From NCBI RefSeq assembly GCF_036321535.1, contig NC_087447.1, positions 51,896,001-51,960,000 on the forward strand: DNA of 64,000 nt, given 5' to 3'. This stretch comes from Camelus dromedarius. Its lineage: Eukaryota. A program made the translations under genes and the position numbers. The notes beneath the pieces are model-generated. The model did no database searches, had not been told where the DNA came from, and saw nothing but the letters and a program-made list of their open reading frames with translations. How positions within the stretch are numbered: position 1 is the first letter of the stretch; each line of letters opens with the position of its first letter. This document shows, piece by piece, positions 12,741-25,092 of this stretch.

Positions 12741-14854
12741 ATCTGGAATCAAACCAGTTAGGCTTGACTTCAAAAGAAAATGCTATTATTTCTTACAGCG
12801 CATTCTCAGGACAGCAAAGCCCTGATGGCCCAGAGACAGGAAAAATTCCTGGAGATTTTCTTCATCCTCTCAAGTCTTCCTCAAAGGAGCCTGGGAGGGC
12901 GGTGGGTGGGGTGTGCCTCTGCTTGTGAGGCCAGGGAGAATCCTCTCACTCAGATCCAGCATCTGCTGGTATTTTGTTAACTCTTGGCTCCTTCATATTC
13001 ACCCACCCACTGGTTTCCCAGAGAAAAAAAGCCAAAATATCTTGGCTGAAGAGGCGAATGGGTCACAGATGACAGAGGTAAAAACAAAACAAAACAAAAA
13101 AATCAAGAAGTTCTGTAATATGCTTTTTGAAAGCAAAAACAAATTGCACACTTCCTTGTTCTGCATTTTCCTTATTCCCTTTGAGTTGTCTGTCTTGTGA
13201 AACATTCTGCTGTCTACATTTTCATTCATCACAGTGGAAAAAGTGAGGCCAACGGGTTGTGCTGAAAGTTTAAATAAATTTAGAGTCTTCCTATTTCAGA
13301 TTGGCTGTAGCCAGGCCATCAGATCACAGAGAAGGTGGTTTGAGCAGCAGAAAATGGGCCACCGACAGAGACCATGGGAAACTGAGATCTGGAGGGGAAG
13401 TTCAGGATAGGGACCAACTCTGAGCTCAGACAGAGCGTAGAGACCTGGGTTCTGGGAGTCATTTGTGAGACTTTGGTAAATCACCTTCCTCCTCTGAGCC
13501 AGAGAAGATTAGACTGATTATGTTTTTCAACTGAAACAAAGGCCCTCCGTTTATAATCCAAAATAATATACCCCCTAAACCCTTAAGATTCTCATGTACT
13601 TCCTCTTTAAGAATTGCTCTGCTGCCTCTTATTCCCCCAGCAGCCATGCTTTACTTTCTGTAATCTGTACTATAAAAACAGGCAACTTTTCATTGTATCA
13701 GTATATATCATAATTTCAAATTAAAAATTTAAGTATATACACATATACACTGAAATTCTGTCATAATCCTGAGTGTGCATTATTGAGAATCAGGGATTAA
13801 ATGCTCCAATTAATGCAAATCATAGTGTTTTGGGTTGTTCCTCATTTCCATTCCTGATTTAGCTTGAACTGCAATTTTACCAAAGCTCCTTTGCTCCCTC
13901 TTCACACACGTTAAGCATTCATTCACCACAAGGATGTGTGCTTTTGTGATCACTTAACTAGAACCTCCTCCCCCTAACTAGGCTCTGCCAAATTGTTTCT
14001 GGTAAGCAGCTTTGGAAAATAAAAATTCCCTAGATGTTCTGGACAGAGTGTGAGAGGAAGACGCACAACCCAGCAGGGGAACTGAAACATTCCCCCTTGT
14101 GTCTACTTCTGTCCTTGGAGGATGGGGGGAGGGAAGTTGCAGAAGAAGCTTTTAGAGGAAACACTTGTAGGACTTTTGCTGCAAACAATTGGGTACTGTA
14201 TCCAGCTGTTGATTAAGGCAACTAAAATCATGAGACAACAAGGGGGTCAGAGTTCCTGCCCCTAAAACAGGAAACTACTACACTTCTGCTTCACGGTGGA
14301 ATCCAAAATTCTGGACCAGGTCTCTATTTCTAAAAGAACTAGTAAGAAAAAAAGAAAAATGAGAATCTCTAAAGAACCAAAGTACAAGGCAGGGATTCAG
14401 TCAAAAGAAACATTTTTTTGGGCAAGAGCCCTTTTTAGAACTGGGGGCCCAAGTCAGAGGGGAACTAGGTTTCAAGTTGACTTGATGCCGACCCCTAGAG
14501 ACTTGGGTCAGACTCTTAAGCTCTACTTCACCTCACCCTCACTATGAGCAGAGCTGCTTCACAGACCTGCCAAAAGGTCTGAGAGGACAGAGCCAAGGAA
14601 ACCTTCACAGCTGAACAAGACCAGGTCCTATTTGTCTAGCAAGTTGAAAGCATATGATGAACTGAAAAGATGCAGACCAGATGTTGTTAACCTTTTTCAG
14701 GTCACTCACTGAGATGGAAGCAGATCCCTAACAACCCAATAGCCATTTCCCAGTTTATCCCTATCACAGAACTAATATTTTGTACAGAGAACTGGTAGAG
14801 ACCCTACGATCTCAGGACAGGTAAACCCCCTCCCATTCAGCCCCAAGGGTTGAC

Positions 14855-15132
14855 TCACAATTGGGCTAAAGCAATTATGCAAATTCCATACACCCTTGCC
14901 AGGTCTGGTCTCAAGTTGGGCATGTAACCTAGTCCTGACCGGAAAAAACATAAGAGGTTTTCTTGGGGAGGAAAAGGGCTTGATATTCTTGGTGACATGC
15001 TTGAGCCGCTGAAAGAACCCTGAAACTTCCTGCCTCTTAACTGTGCTAAATGAACATCAATGTCCTTGCAATTTAAGTCACCATTACTCAGATTTTCTGT
15101 TAATGGCAGATGAAAGTTTTCCTGGATGATCC
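14855..15132 (+). mobile_element. MLT1 (MaLR) LTR fragment
   Basis: 'gggcatgtaacctag'; MLT1-type 3' end 'tttaagtcacc...ttttctgttaatggcagatgaaag...cctggatgat'. Confidence 0.55.
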
Positions 15133-15267
15133 GCTGACCCACTTGTGAACCAGATTAAAACTATGGGCCCTACATCCTGTAGCTTTCATTATGTGGATAT
15201 ACACAAGGTTTTGCTTTCAATTTTAGGAGGTTTAGAGATTTTTTGGTCATGAATCCTTACTCTAGAC

Positions 15268-15453
15268 TAGTGGTTCTCAAAGTGTGCTCCCTGGGCCAGT
15301 ACCATCAGCATCATCGGGGAACTTGTGATAAGTGTAATTTCTCCAGGATGGCCATGGACCTACTGAACCAGAAACCCTTGCAATGGGCCAGCAATTTCTG
15401 TTTTACTAAGTCCTCTGAGTAATCTGATTCATGCTAAACTTTGAGGACCACTG
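15268..15453 (+). mobile_element. MER5A hAT-Charlie MITE
   Basis: TIRs (T)AGTGGTTCTCAAAGT...ACTTTGAGGACCACTG; 8-bp flanks ctctagac / ctctgaac. Confidence 0.8.
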
Positions 15454-15461
15454 CTCTGAAC

Positions 15462-15966
15462 CCAGTGTCATTCAGTTTCTGTAATGATAGAAGTGTTTAT
15501 ATCTGCACTGTCCAGTGTGGTAGCCGCTAGCCATCTATATCTACTGAACACTTTGTAATGTGGCCAGTGTAACCGAGAAGCTGACTTTTTAATTTTACTT
15601 AATTTTTTTGATTGAAGTATAGTCAATTTATAATGTTGTGTTAGTTTCTGGCATACATACCCACACACATGTATATATATATTTCCTCTTCATGTTCTTT
15701 TTCATTATAGGCTATTACAGGGTATTGAATATAGTTCCCTGTGCTATACAGTACAACCCCGTTGTTTATCTATTTTACATACAGTAGTTAGTATCTGCAA
15801 ATCCCAAACACCCAATTTATTCCTCCCTACCCCTTTTTCCTCGAGTCACCCTAAGTTTGTTTTCTATGTCTGTGAATCTGTTTCTGTTTTTAATTTTACT
15901 TAGTTTTAATTTATTTAAATTTAAATAGCTACCCCTGGCTAGTGGGTACTGTACTGGACACTGCAG
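15462..15966 (+). mobile_element. MER3 hAT-Charlie element, split by an L1 insertion
   Basis: 'ctgcactgtccagtgtggtagccgctagcca' ... 'aaatttaaatagctac...ggctagtgggtactgtactggacactgcag'. Confidence 0.8.
15602..15886 (-). mobile_element. Cetartiodactyl/camelid L1 3' end, 5'-truncated
   Basis: 'ttgaagtatagtcaatttataatgttg', 'gaatatagttccctgtgctatacag'; perfect 16-bp TSD tttttaattttactta at 15586-15601 and 15887-15902. Confidence 0.85.
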
Positions 15967-16030
15967 CTCTAGATAAATGTAAGGATTTTGTATTTTCAAG
16001 TGGCTTCTAGTACTAAGTCATAAAATAAGC

Positions 16031-16211
16031 CAGTGGTTCTCAAACTTCAGTCTGTATCAGAATCACTAGAGGGCTTGGTAAAACAGATTATAGGCACCAA
16101 CCTCGAGAATTTATGATTCAGCAGGTCCGCGTGGGGCCTGATAATTAAGTCTAATAGGTTCCAATGTGGTGCTGATGCTACTGACACAGGGCCAGGGCTC
16201 TGAGAACCACC
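16031..16211 (-). mobile_element. MER5A hAT-Charlie MITE, opposite orientation to the 15268 copy
   Basis: CAGTGGTTCTCAAACTT...'gctgatgctactg'...TGAGAACCAC. Confidence 0.75.
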
Positions 16212-17090
16212 ACAGCAAGCAAAAAGTGTTGTTGCCTTCCCATAACCCACATCAAAGCCATTTTTCTACAATTTTACCATTCTAACCAATGTTTTCCTTT
16301 GTGCTCATCAAATTAACAAACAGGTAAAGTTCCCTGACAGCAGGAGCTGACATCTTTCAACTCAGTATGTCCCACAGCACACTAGCTCAGCGCCCTGGTC
16401 CAGCAGGTGCTTGGTGTCACTGAAAGAATAACGACCATCCCCGCAAACAGGAAACCTTTCGGAAGGGTCTACCACATTCCGAAGACCACAGTTACATCCT
16501 TCTAATCATCAGGTGTCAGGTTGTATGTTTCAAAAGAGAGGTTAAGTGATTTGCCTAAGGCACTAGGCCCTATTCCTTATTTTTCTGTATTTTAAAGTAT
16601 TTGCTCATAAATTGTTTAGGTCTAAGCATATTTGCAGAAGTACAAATGTACACATACATACATATGTACATAATTTTAGTGCATAAGTGCTTAAAACTAA
16701 ATTATTCGAGAGTCAAAAATACTTCAGACTATAATGCTGGTATGAAAAGCAACAGGACTGGTAATCTAGACAGGACGCTACACCTTCTCAAATCACACCA
16801 CGTGGAAAAACATCTATGTCAAAGACCTGGCCTGGCCAGCAATACAGCTTTCAAGCATTAATGGTAAAGGCAAGAATCAAGGACAAACACACTGGGGACT
16901 TTTCTGAAGGTCAAAAAAAGCAACAATAAATAGCATGCCCAGAAAAGCTTTTAAATCTGACCTTTTCCTATGCCGAAGCCATTCGCCTTCTAGCATCTTC
17001 AATCTAATAGATTGAAGTGGGCTGAAATGGCTCTTAGGAGAGAACTGGAGCTAGTCTTTTCCTTAATGCTGCCTCTCCACCAAGACTCTA

Positions 17091-17107
17091 GCAGCAGCAG
17101 CAGCAGC
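17091..17107. repeat. Short (GCA/CAG)n trinucleotide tract
   Basis: gcagcagcagcagcagc seen directly. Confidence 0.85.
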
Positions 17108-17364
17108 TTTACTGGTAATTACATCATTATACCATAATGGAACACACGCAGTGCAAGTGAAACAGCCCAGCAGCTCCCCAGTTGGGGAGAAAAAGAGCTC
17201 TGGCTTCACTGTTCATTTTCTATTAATCCTTCAGGTTCTGGCTTATTTTCAAAGGCAAACCATCCTTAAGACAGTTCACAATCTTAAAACAGAGACCATG
17301 AAGATGAAGCTCAGCTGAATACCAGGAGCGAAGTTCATGCATTTGTGTGATGGAAATCCTCTGC

Positions 17365-17470
17365 TAGAATAGGAATTAGGAGACCTGGGTCCAGCCCTGG
17401 CTCTGAGTACCTAATATGACCTTGGGGAAATCATTTACATCTTTTAGGTTTCAGTTTCCTCATTTATAAA
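17365..17470 (+). mobile_element. MIR SINE fragment
   Basis: 'gagacctgggtccagccctggctctg...tgaccttggggaaatc...tcagtttcctcatttataaa'. Confidence 0.7.
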
Positions 17471-18456
17471 GAACAACAAAGCTTCCAGGCAGAGAATCCC
17501 AAAATGTCCCTGTAAGCAATTTCAGATTGGGCTGAATGATCACAAGAGTTCCTCCAGCTCTATCTATTATTAAAAAGGTTCCACAAATAGGGAAGATAGG
17601 GAAGGAGTAAAATATGAAAGGTCAATTCTATTCAGTTTTCAAGCAGTTAATTAGACAAGGATTTTTGCCTCTACTGTGACCCATGTATCAGGGTCAGATC
17701 ATCTTCATCAGCGTCACAGCAACTTTTCAAAAAGACCAAGGTCAAAAGTGATAAAGGGATCATAGAACATCTCCCCAAAGACAGAAAGGACACAGAGGTA
17801 TGAGGTATACTGGGACAGAAGCAAGGCAACCGAAGTTCTACCTGTCACAAACACCTTCTATGACCCTGAGTCAGTCGCTTAACCTTGGCCAATTTAGGAC
17901 ACAGTGGTAGAGGGGAGAGAGGTGAGAATTAGACCCTTTCAGCTCAAGCAGTCTATGACTTTGATACCTCTGTACAAGTTCCAAATGCTCCTACTGGATA
18001 CTGGGGCATGCAGGGGTAGGAGGGTGTTGGCACCAACAACACGCTAAGAATGCCAAATTCCGCAAGATAGAGATGAGTTTTCTTACAATATTCTAAAGGC
18101 TTTCCCATAGGTGCAAAAAAAAAAAAAAAAAAAAAAAAATCTAACAGACCTCAAGGAAAGAATTAAAACATACAAAGCTACATATTAATTGTTGTATATC
18201 TCAGAATCTTCTCTTTCTAGTGCCCAAAAGGAGGAATGTAAAAAAGTGTTCTCTGCAGTTGTCTTTTGGCCTTCATATAGAAGGTGTGAAACTTTGGTTT
18301 CCGGCAGTAAGGTGATTGAGATATTCTGGATGACTTTCCCGCAAAAAACAATTTAAAAAGCTAAATTAAATAGTCCTAAAAATTAATGTTTAAAATGCAT
18401 CATTTTGAGCTGTCAAGAAAGTAAGGAATCTGTACAAAATAAAAATTAAATGAAAG

Positions 18457-18910
18457 GAAAAGTAGGGGGAAACAACCCGAATGCCCATTAATACTGAAAA
18501 GGACAAACAAAATCTGGTTTATACAAACAATGGATTATTATTCAGCCTTAAAAATGAAGGAAGTTCTGACATATGCTACAATATGGATGAACTTTGAAGA
18601 CATTATACGAAGTAAAATAAGCCAGATGTAAAAGGGCAAATTATCGATGATTCCACTTATATGAGGTACCTAGAGCAATCAAAACCATAGAGACCAAAAG
18701 TTGAATGGCGGTTGCCAGGTGTTGGGAGCAATGGGAAGTCATTGTTTAGACGGTACAGAATTTTAGTTTGGGAAGATGAAAAAGTTCTGGAGATGGATGG
18801 TCGTGATGGTTATATAACAGTGTGAATTACCTAATGCCACGGAATTTTATATTTAAAGATGGTTTGAATGGTAAATTTTATGTCATGTATATCTTACCAC
18901 AATAAAAAAG
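18457..18910 (+). mobile_element. L1MB-like 3' end, nested
   Basis: 'attattcagccttaaaaatgaaggaa', 'gaagatgaaaaagttctggagatggatgg'; 13-bp TSD aattaaatgaaag at 18444-18456 and 18911-18923. Confidence 0.85.
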
Positions 18911-20177
18911 AATTAAATGAAAGTAGAAATCTTGGATGGGAAGAGAACACTAAAGCCAGTTTTTGCCCTGAGGCTATATGACAAACACTGGTGAACACTG
19001 CAATGACTGGGTCATAGGAAACAGAAGATAAAGCTGAGAGCCCACCTTAGGTGGGAGAGTCTTATATGAAATCTCTTTATAAGCTTAGGATTCCAATGGA
19101 CTGTACCCTCAGTATAGAGGTAAGCCATAAATAACTCTGTAGCACAAAAGGGACTACAAAGAAACTGTCTTGTTTTATTCAGCAGAGAAGTAGAAATGTC
19201 TCTCCTAAGAATCCACAACCAAAAGCTGGCTCTAGTGCAGATTTGTGATCAAATCCACACAACCTGATGTGAAGACCTAAAAGTAGTCCACTTAGCAATG
19301 TTTTTAAGCTACTGGCAGAAGCAACTACTTATCCTTTTTGGTGGAATAAAGGCCTTACTCAGGCCTCAAATAACTTTCACAGATAAAGTCCAAAGGAACA
19401 TTAGATCTTAAAACAAAAACAAAACAAAAAACACATACCCAAAAATAAGCCACAAAGTGACAGCCAGAAAAAACATGATAAAATAAGATCCTCAAAGACT
19501 TTAGATATTAAAACTAGAGACAGAATACAAAATGTCTATGATTTTTATATTTTAAGATTTAAAAGAAAGACTTGAAAAAAATTAGCAAGGAACAAGAAAG
19601 TATTAAATAAAAAGAACCAGGTACATTTGAAAATATACAAAACAGAACCTCCAGAAATTAAAATCATAATTGAAGTTTAAAAGTAAATGGTCAGGTTAAA
19701 TAGCAAGTTAGATATAACTAAATAAATAATTAAAAAGATCAATCCAAAAAAATTCCATAGAATGTGACCAAGAAATGAAGACATAAAAACATAAGAGTTT
19801 AACATACATGGATGACAGAGTTAGAGGGTATAACATATATCTAATCTTTTTAACTGAATTTCAAGTATGAGCTCTCTAGAGAGGATGGAGAAAGACTGCT
19901 AATGGCTGAGAATTTTTTCAGAATCACTGATAGAACACCAAACCTCAGATCCAGGAAGCTTAACAAATGTCAGATAGAATAAACAGAAATAAAACAACAT
20001 ATTGTAATGAAATTTAAGAACACCAAAGACAAAAAAACAAAAAGATATTAAAAGAGAAGTAGAGAGATTACCTACAAAAAAAATTGCAGTTAGACTATCA
20101 GCTGGCTTCTCAATAGCAACAGTAAAATCTAGGAGGCCATACAATATTATTTTTCAACATATTAAGAAAAAAATAAC

Positions 20178-21455
20178 TGTCAAGAGAATGAGAAGACAAG
20201 CCACAGACTGGGAGAAAATATTCATAAAACACAAATCTGATAAAGGACGTTGTCCAAAATATACAAAGAACTCTTAAAGTGTAACAATAAGAAAGTAAAA
20301 AAATCTGATTAAAAAATGGGCCAAAGACCTTAATAGATACCTCACCAAAGAAGATATATAGATGGTAAGTAAATACATGAAAAGATGCTCCACATCCTAC
20401 ATCATTAGGGAAATGCAAATTAAAATAATGAGATACACTTACATATTTATTGCAATGGCTAAAATCCAGAACACTGACAATCTCAAATGCTGGTAAAGAG
20501 ATGGAACTCTCATTCATTGCTAGTGGGAATGCAAAATGGTACAGCTATTTTGTAACACAGTTGAGTATTTTTTTTCCCAAAACTAAACATACTCTTAGTA
20601 TATCATCCAGCAACTGCATTCCTGGCATATTTATCCAAAGGAATTGAAAACTTATGTTCACATAAAAACTTGTACATTGATGTTTACAACAGCTTTATTC
20701 ATAATTACTAAAACTTGGAAGCAACCAAGAGGTCCTTCAGTAGATAAATGAATAAACTGTGATATATTCAGACAATAAAATTAATCACTAAAAACATATG
20801 AAGTATTCTCAACACTAGAAGAAACCATAATTATGCTATGTAATAGAGGTGTTAGCTAATGTTACTACAGAAATCACATTGCAAATAAAAGTATCAAATC
20901 AATATGCTGTGTACCTTAAGCTTATGTAATGTTGTATATGTCAAATACAACCCAATTAAGAAAAAAGAAACTATCAAGCTATGAAAAGGCATGAAGGAAT
21001 CTTCAATGCATATTACTAAGTGAAAGAAACCAACCTGATAGAGGTACATACTGTATGATGCTACCTGTATGACATTCTGGAAAAGATAAAATGATGTAGA
21101 CAGTAAAAAGATCAATGGTTGCCATAGGTTGAGGAGTAGAGGGGAAGGGATGAACAGGCAGCGCACAGAGAATTTTTAGGGCAGTGAAAATACTCTATGT
21201 GATTCCATAATGATGGATACATGACATTACACACTTGTCCAAACCCACAGAACGTACAACACCAAGAGTGAACCATAATGTTAACCATGGTGACTATGAT
21301 GTGCAATGTAAAGGAGGCCCACCAGTTTTAACAAATGCACCTCTGCGGTGGAGAGTGCTGATAATGGGGAGGCTATGTATGTGTAGCAGCAGGAGGTATG
21401 ATGCGTAAATCTCCGTAACTTTTGCTGTGAACCTAAAAATGCTCTTTAAAAAATC
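20178..21455 (+). mobile_element. L1MC1-like 3' portion, nested
   Basis: 'agacaagccacagactgggagaaaata', 'gtacaacaccaagagtgaacc', 'ttttgctgtgaacctaaaa'. Confidence 0.8.
20798..20967 (+). mobile_element. Short L1MA-like 3' end nested within the L1MC1-like element
   Basis: 'gtgtaccttaagcttatgtaatgttgtatatgtcaaatac...aattaagaaaaaag'. Confidence 0.6.
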
Positions 21456-21829
21456 TTTACTTCAATGCAGAAGTCCATAGCTAATGAAACTCTTTCAACA
21501 ATGAAAGCAAAATAAAGCTTTTTTTCCAGACAAAAACAGAAGTTGCCACAGACAGATCCTCACGAAAGGCAATTCTAAAGGATGCATTTTAGGAAGAAGA
21601 AAAAGGGTCCCAGATGAAAGGTTGGACATAAAAGGAAACAAAGGTGAGCAAAGATACTGATAAATATGTGGGAAATTTTAACTCTGTCACTTTGAAACAA
21701 CAATATTACTTAATTTGTGTGGTTAGAAATAACAAGATAGAGCTAAAATACTGAACAACAATAACATAAATCGGAAGGGGTGATCAGAGCTTAAGTACCC
21801 TATGATTCTTACATAATTCAGAAAAAGGC

Positions 21830-22307
21830 TATAGTGTACTGAATAGTGGCTCCCCCTAAAACATATGTCCCCATTCTAATCCCTAGAACCTGTGAATATT
21901 ACCTTCTATGTTGGGGGAAAGGTGATTCAGCTACAGATATTGAGAGGAGGCACTTATCTTGGATAATCTGGGTGGGTACTAAAGGCAATCTACATGTATC
22001 CTTCTGAAAGAGAGAGAGGAAAACAGACATAGACAAACAGCTAACACACAGAAGAGGAGGAGACAATGTGACCGTGGAAGCAGAGGCTGAAGTGACACAG
22101 TCACCATTGCCAAGGAACATCTGGCGCCACCAGACGCTGGGAGAGGCATGGAGAATATTCACCCCTGGAGTCTTCAGAGGGAACATGGCCCTATGACAAC
22201 TTGATTTTGGACTTTTGGCCTCCAGAACTGTGAGAGATCAGATTTCCATCGTCTTAAACCAAAAAATTTGTAGTAATTTCATACAGTAATCACAGGAAAC
22301 TAACACA
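21830..22307 (+). mobile_element. MLT1C-like MaLR solo LTR
   Basis: 'ccctagaacctgtgaat', 'cagagggaacatggccc', 'ggcctccagaactgtgagag'; ends 'ggaaactaacaca'. Confidence 0.85.
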
Positions 22308-22349
22308 GAAGATAAAGACATTACTTTAGGCCAAATTAAAATGTGCGTG

Positions 22350-23880
22350 CTAATAAAGAAATCAATTCTCCCTAAGGAAATTAATAAATTTAACATGAAT
22401 TCAGTAACAACACCAACTTTTTTTTTAATAGGAAAGGGTAATTGTAAGATTCATACAGAAAAACAGAATAGCAATAAGGGGAGATTTAGGTAATCATATG
22501 GTAGAAATATACTATAAAGCCTCATTAATTATAACAAAGTGTGTTGCCATTTATATAGATAGACTATCATCTGGAATTTAATATATTTTAAGTCCATAAA
22601 TGGGTACTAAGGCATAAAATACTTAGGTTATAAAGGGGGCATCTCATATTGTGGGAAATAGATATGAGATGGCATTTGAGATTTAAATGACATTGTGACA
22701 AATTTGAATCCGTCCTTCTAAGTATACATCAGGATAAATTTCAAATGAATCAGAGATTTAAGTGTAATAAAAAAGGAAACTATAAAAGTAATAGAATGAA
22801 ATGCAATACATTTCTTTCATAGCTTCAGAGTGGGAAAAATCTACAAATCCTGCATGGCAACACAAACAAATTAAGTGCACAAGCACACACACACACACAC
22901 ACACAGAGCATGCACACACGGACACCTGCACACGCATCCTTACAGGCAAAGCAAGAAAACAAATGTTAAACTGGATTAGAATAAATACTGTGCTAAAATT
23001 TGCAATTCCTATTACTAAAAGCCCAATCTCTTAAATAAAGAGCTCCTACAAATAAATAAGACTGACAGCCCTGTAGAAAGTGAGCAAAGCCTATGAACAG
23101 ACTGTTCACAGAAAAGGAAATACAAATGATTTTTAAACATGTGAAAAGATGATCAATGCTGATGTACAAAAGGAATGCAAATTCAACCTACACAGAAATA
23201 CTATTTTCCACCCATTAGGCTGGCAAAAATCCAGAAGTTTGATAACTGTTGGCAAGACTGTGGGAACAGGTGCTCTCACATATTGCTGGTGGGAGTGTAA
23301 GTAGTTACAAACTCTCTAGAGGGTAATGTGGCAAAATTAGATATATGTAAATTAAAACAGTATAGATCCTTTAACCAAACAATTTTTTTTCTAGAAATTT
23401 AATCTAGAGACAAACTAAAACGTGTGTATAATGACAGATGTACATTTTTCAGATCTATTCAAATCAGTAAGATTGTAAACAATGTAAATGCCCATCAATA
23501 AAAACATTTAGTTATGTTTCCATCAACTGATGGAATATCAATTAGCTATTAATAAAAAAAGAAGTGGGGAAGGAAACTTTTCATGTATCAGTATGGAAAG
23601 AGTATCAAGACATACTACTAAGTGAAAAAAGCTGAGTATAGGAAAGTTGTGCTTTATGCTACTATTTATATGAAACAGTTAAACAGAATAATCTATATTT
23701 TGTATCTATATTTATAATCTATACTGGAATACATAGGCTAATATATATTATAGACACAGATATACTGGGGGATTGAAATTGAGCAGATGGGGGCAAAGGA
23801 CAGAAGAGAGGCTCTTAGTACATTTCAAATATTTGATACTAAAACCATGTGAACACATTACATAATATATTTGAGAATTT
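22350..23880 (+). mobile_element. Old L1 (L1ME-like) ORF2 end and 3'UTR
   Basis: 'atgaacagactgttcacagaaaaggaaatacaaatg', 'attgctggtgggagtgtaa'; contains (CA)n at ~22884-22904. Confidence 0.7.
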
Positions 23881-24119
23881 TAATAAGTATGCATAATAGA
23901 CTATGTAGGATAACTTTTAACAAAGTAAACAGTATAACTTCCAAATTAGTAGAGGAGTGAAAATAAAATGAGAAAAAGGAAAGTAAAATGCTCAATCCAG
24001 AGGACAAGGACACAGAGAAGGCCCAACAGTAGATGGTTGAAATAAACCTAAATATTTCCATAATCACAATAAATGTAAATCAGTTAAACTCGCGAATTAA
24101 AAGACAAAAAATTGTCTTT

Positions 24120-24889
24120 TCACACTGGTCAGAACGGCCATCATTAAAAAGTTCACAAGTAATACATGCTGGAGAGAGTGTGGAGAAAAAAGAACCCTAC
24201 TACACCATTGGTGGGAATGCAAATTGGTGCAGACACTATGGAGAACAGGATGGAGGTTCTTTAAAAAACTAAATATGAGTTACCATATGACCCTACAATC
24301 CCAAGCCTGGGCATATATCTGGAGAAAACTCCAATTAAAAAAGATGCATGCACCCCAATATTCATAGCAGCACTATTTAAAACAGCCAAGCCATGGAGGC
24401 AACCTAAATGTCCACCTATAGATGAATAAAGATGTATTACTCAGCCATAAAAAAGAATGAAATAATGACATTTGCAGTAACATGGATGGACCTAGAGATG
24501 ATCATATTAAGTGAAGTAAGTCAAAGAAAAATATCATATAATATCACTTTATATATGGGATCTAAAAAATAAAATGAACTTACTTGCAAAACAGAAGTAG
24601 ACTCATTGACATAGAAAACAAACTTACAGTTACCAAAGGGGAAAGAAGGGGTGGGAGGAGAGAGAAATTAGGAGTTTGAGATTAACATATACACATTACT
24701 ATATATAAAATAGATAAACAACAAAAACCTACCATGTAGCACAGGGGACTATATTCAATATATTGTAATAGAAAAGAAATTGAAAAAGAATATATATATA
24801 TATATACACATATTTAATCACTGAATCACTTTGCCGTATACCTGAAACCAACACAATATTGTAAATTAATTATACTGCGATTTAAAAAA
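24120..24889 (+). mobile_element. Cetartiodactyl L1 3' portion, comparatively young
   Basis: Decayed ORF2 C-terminus (...[26 protein letters not shown]...); 3'UTR 'gcacaggggactatattcaata', 'cctgaaaccaacacaatattgtaaattaattatact'. Confidence 0.85.
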
Positions 24890-25092
24890 ATACCTGGGGT
24901 AAAATAAATCATGGGGATATAATATACAACATAGGGAATATAGTCAGTAAGACTGTAATAGCTTTGGATGTAACATATAGTTAACCTGGTGATTATTTTG
25001 TAATGTATAAAAATATCAAATCACTATATTGTACACCTGAAACTAATATAATACTGTAAGTCAGTTATACGTCAAGAAAAAAAATGAAAAAA
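24890..25092 (+). mobile_element. Second, different (older laurasiatherian-type) L1 3' end
   Basis: 'catggggatataatatacaacatagggaatatagtc', 'tgtacacctgaaactaatataatactgtaagtcag', A-rich tail. Confidence 0.7.

Noticed and set aside
14654..14712. Possible C/D box snoRNA (ATGATGA...CTGA)
   Set aside because: Short, no convincing terminal stem, no recognisable rRNA/snRNA guide
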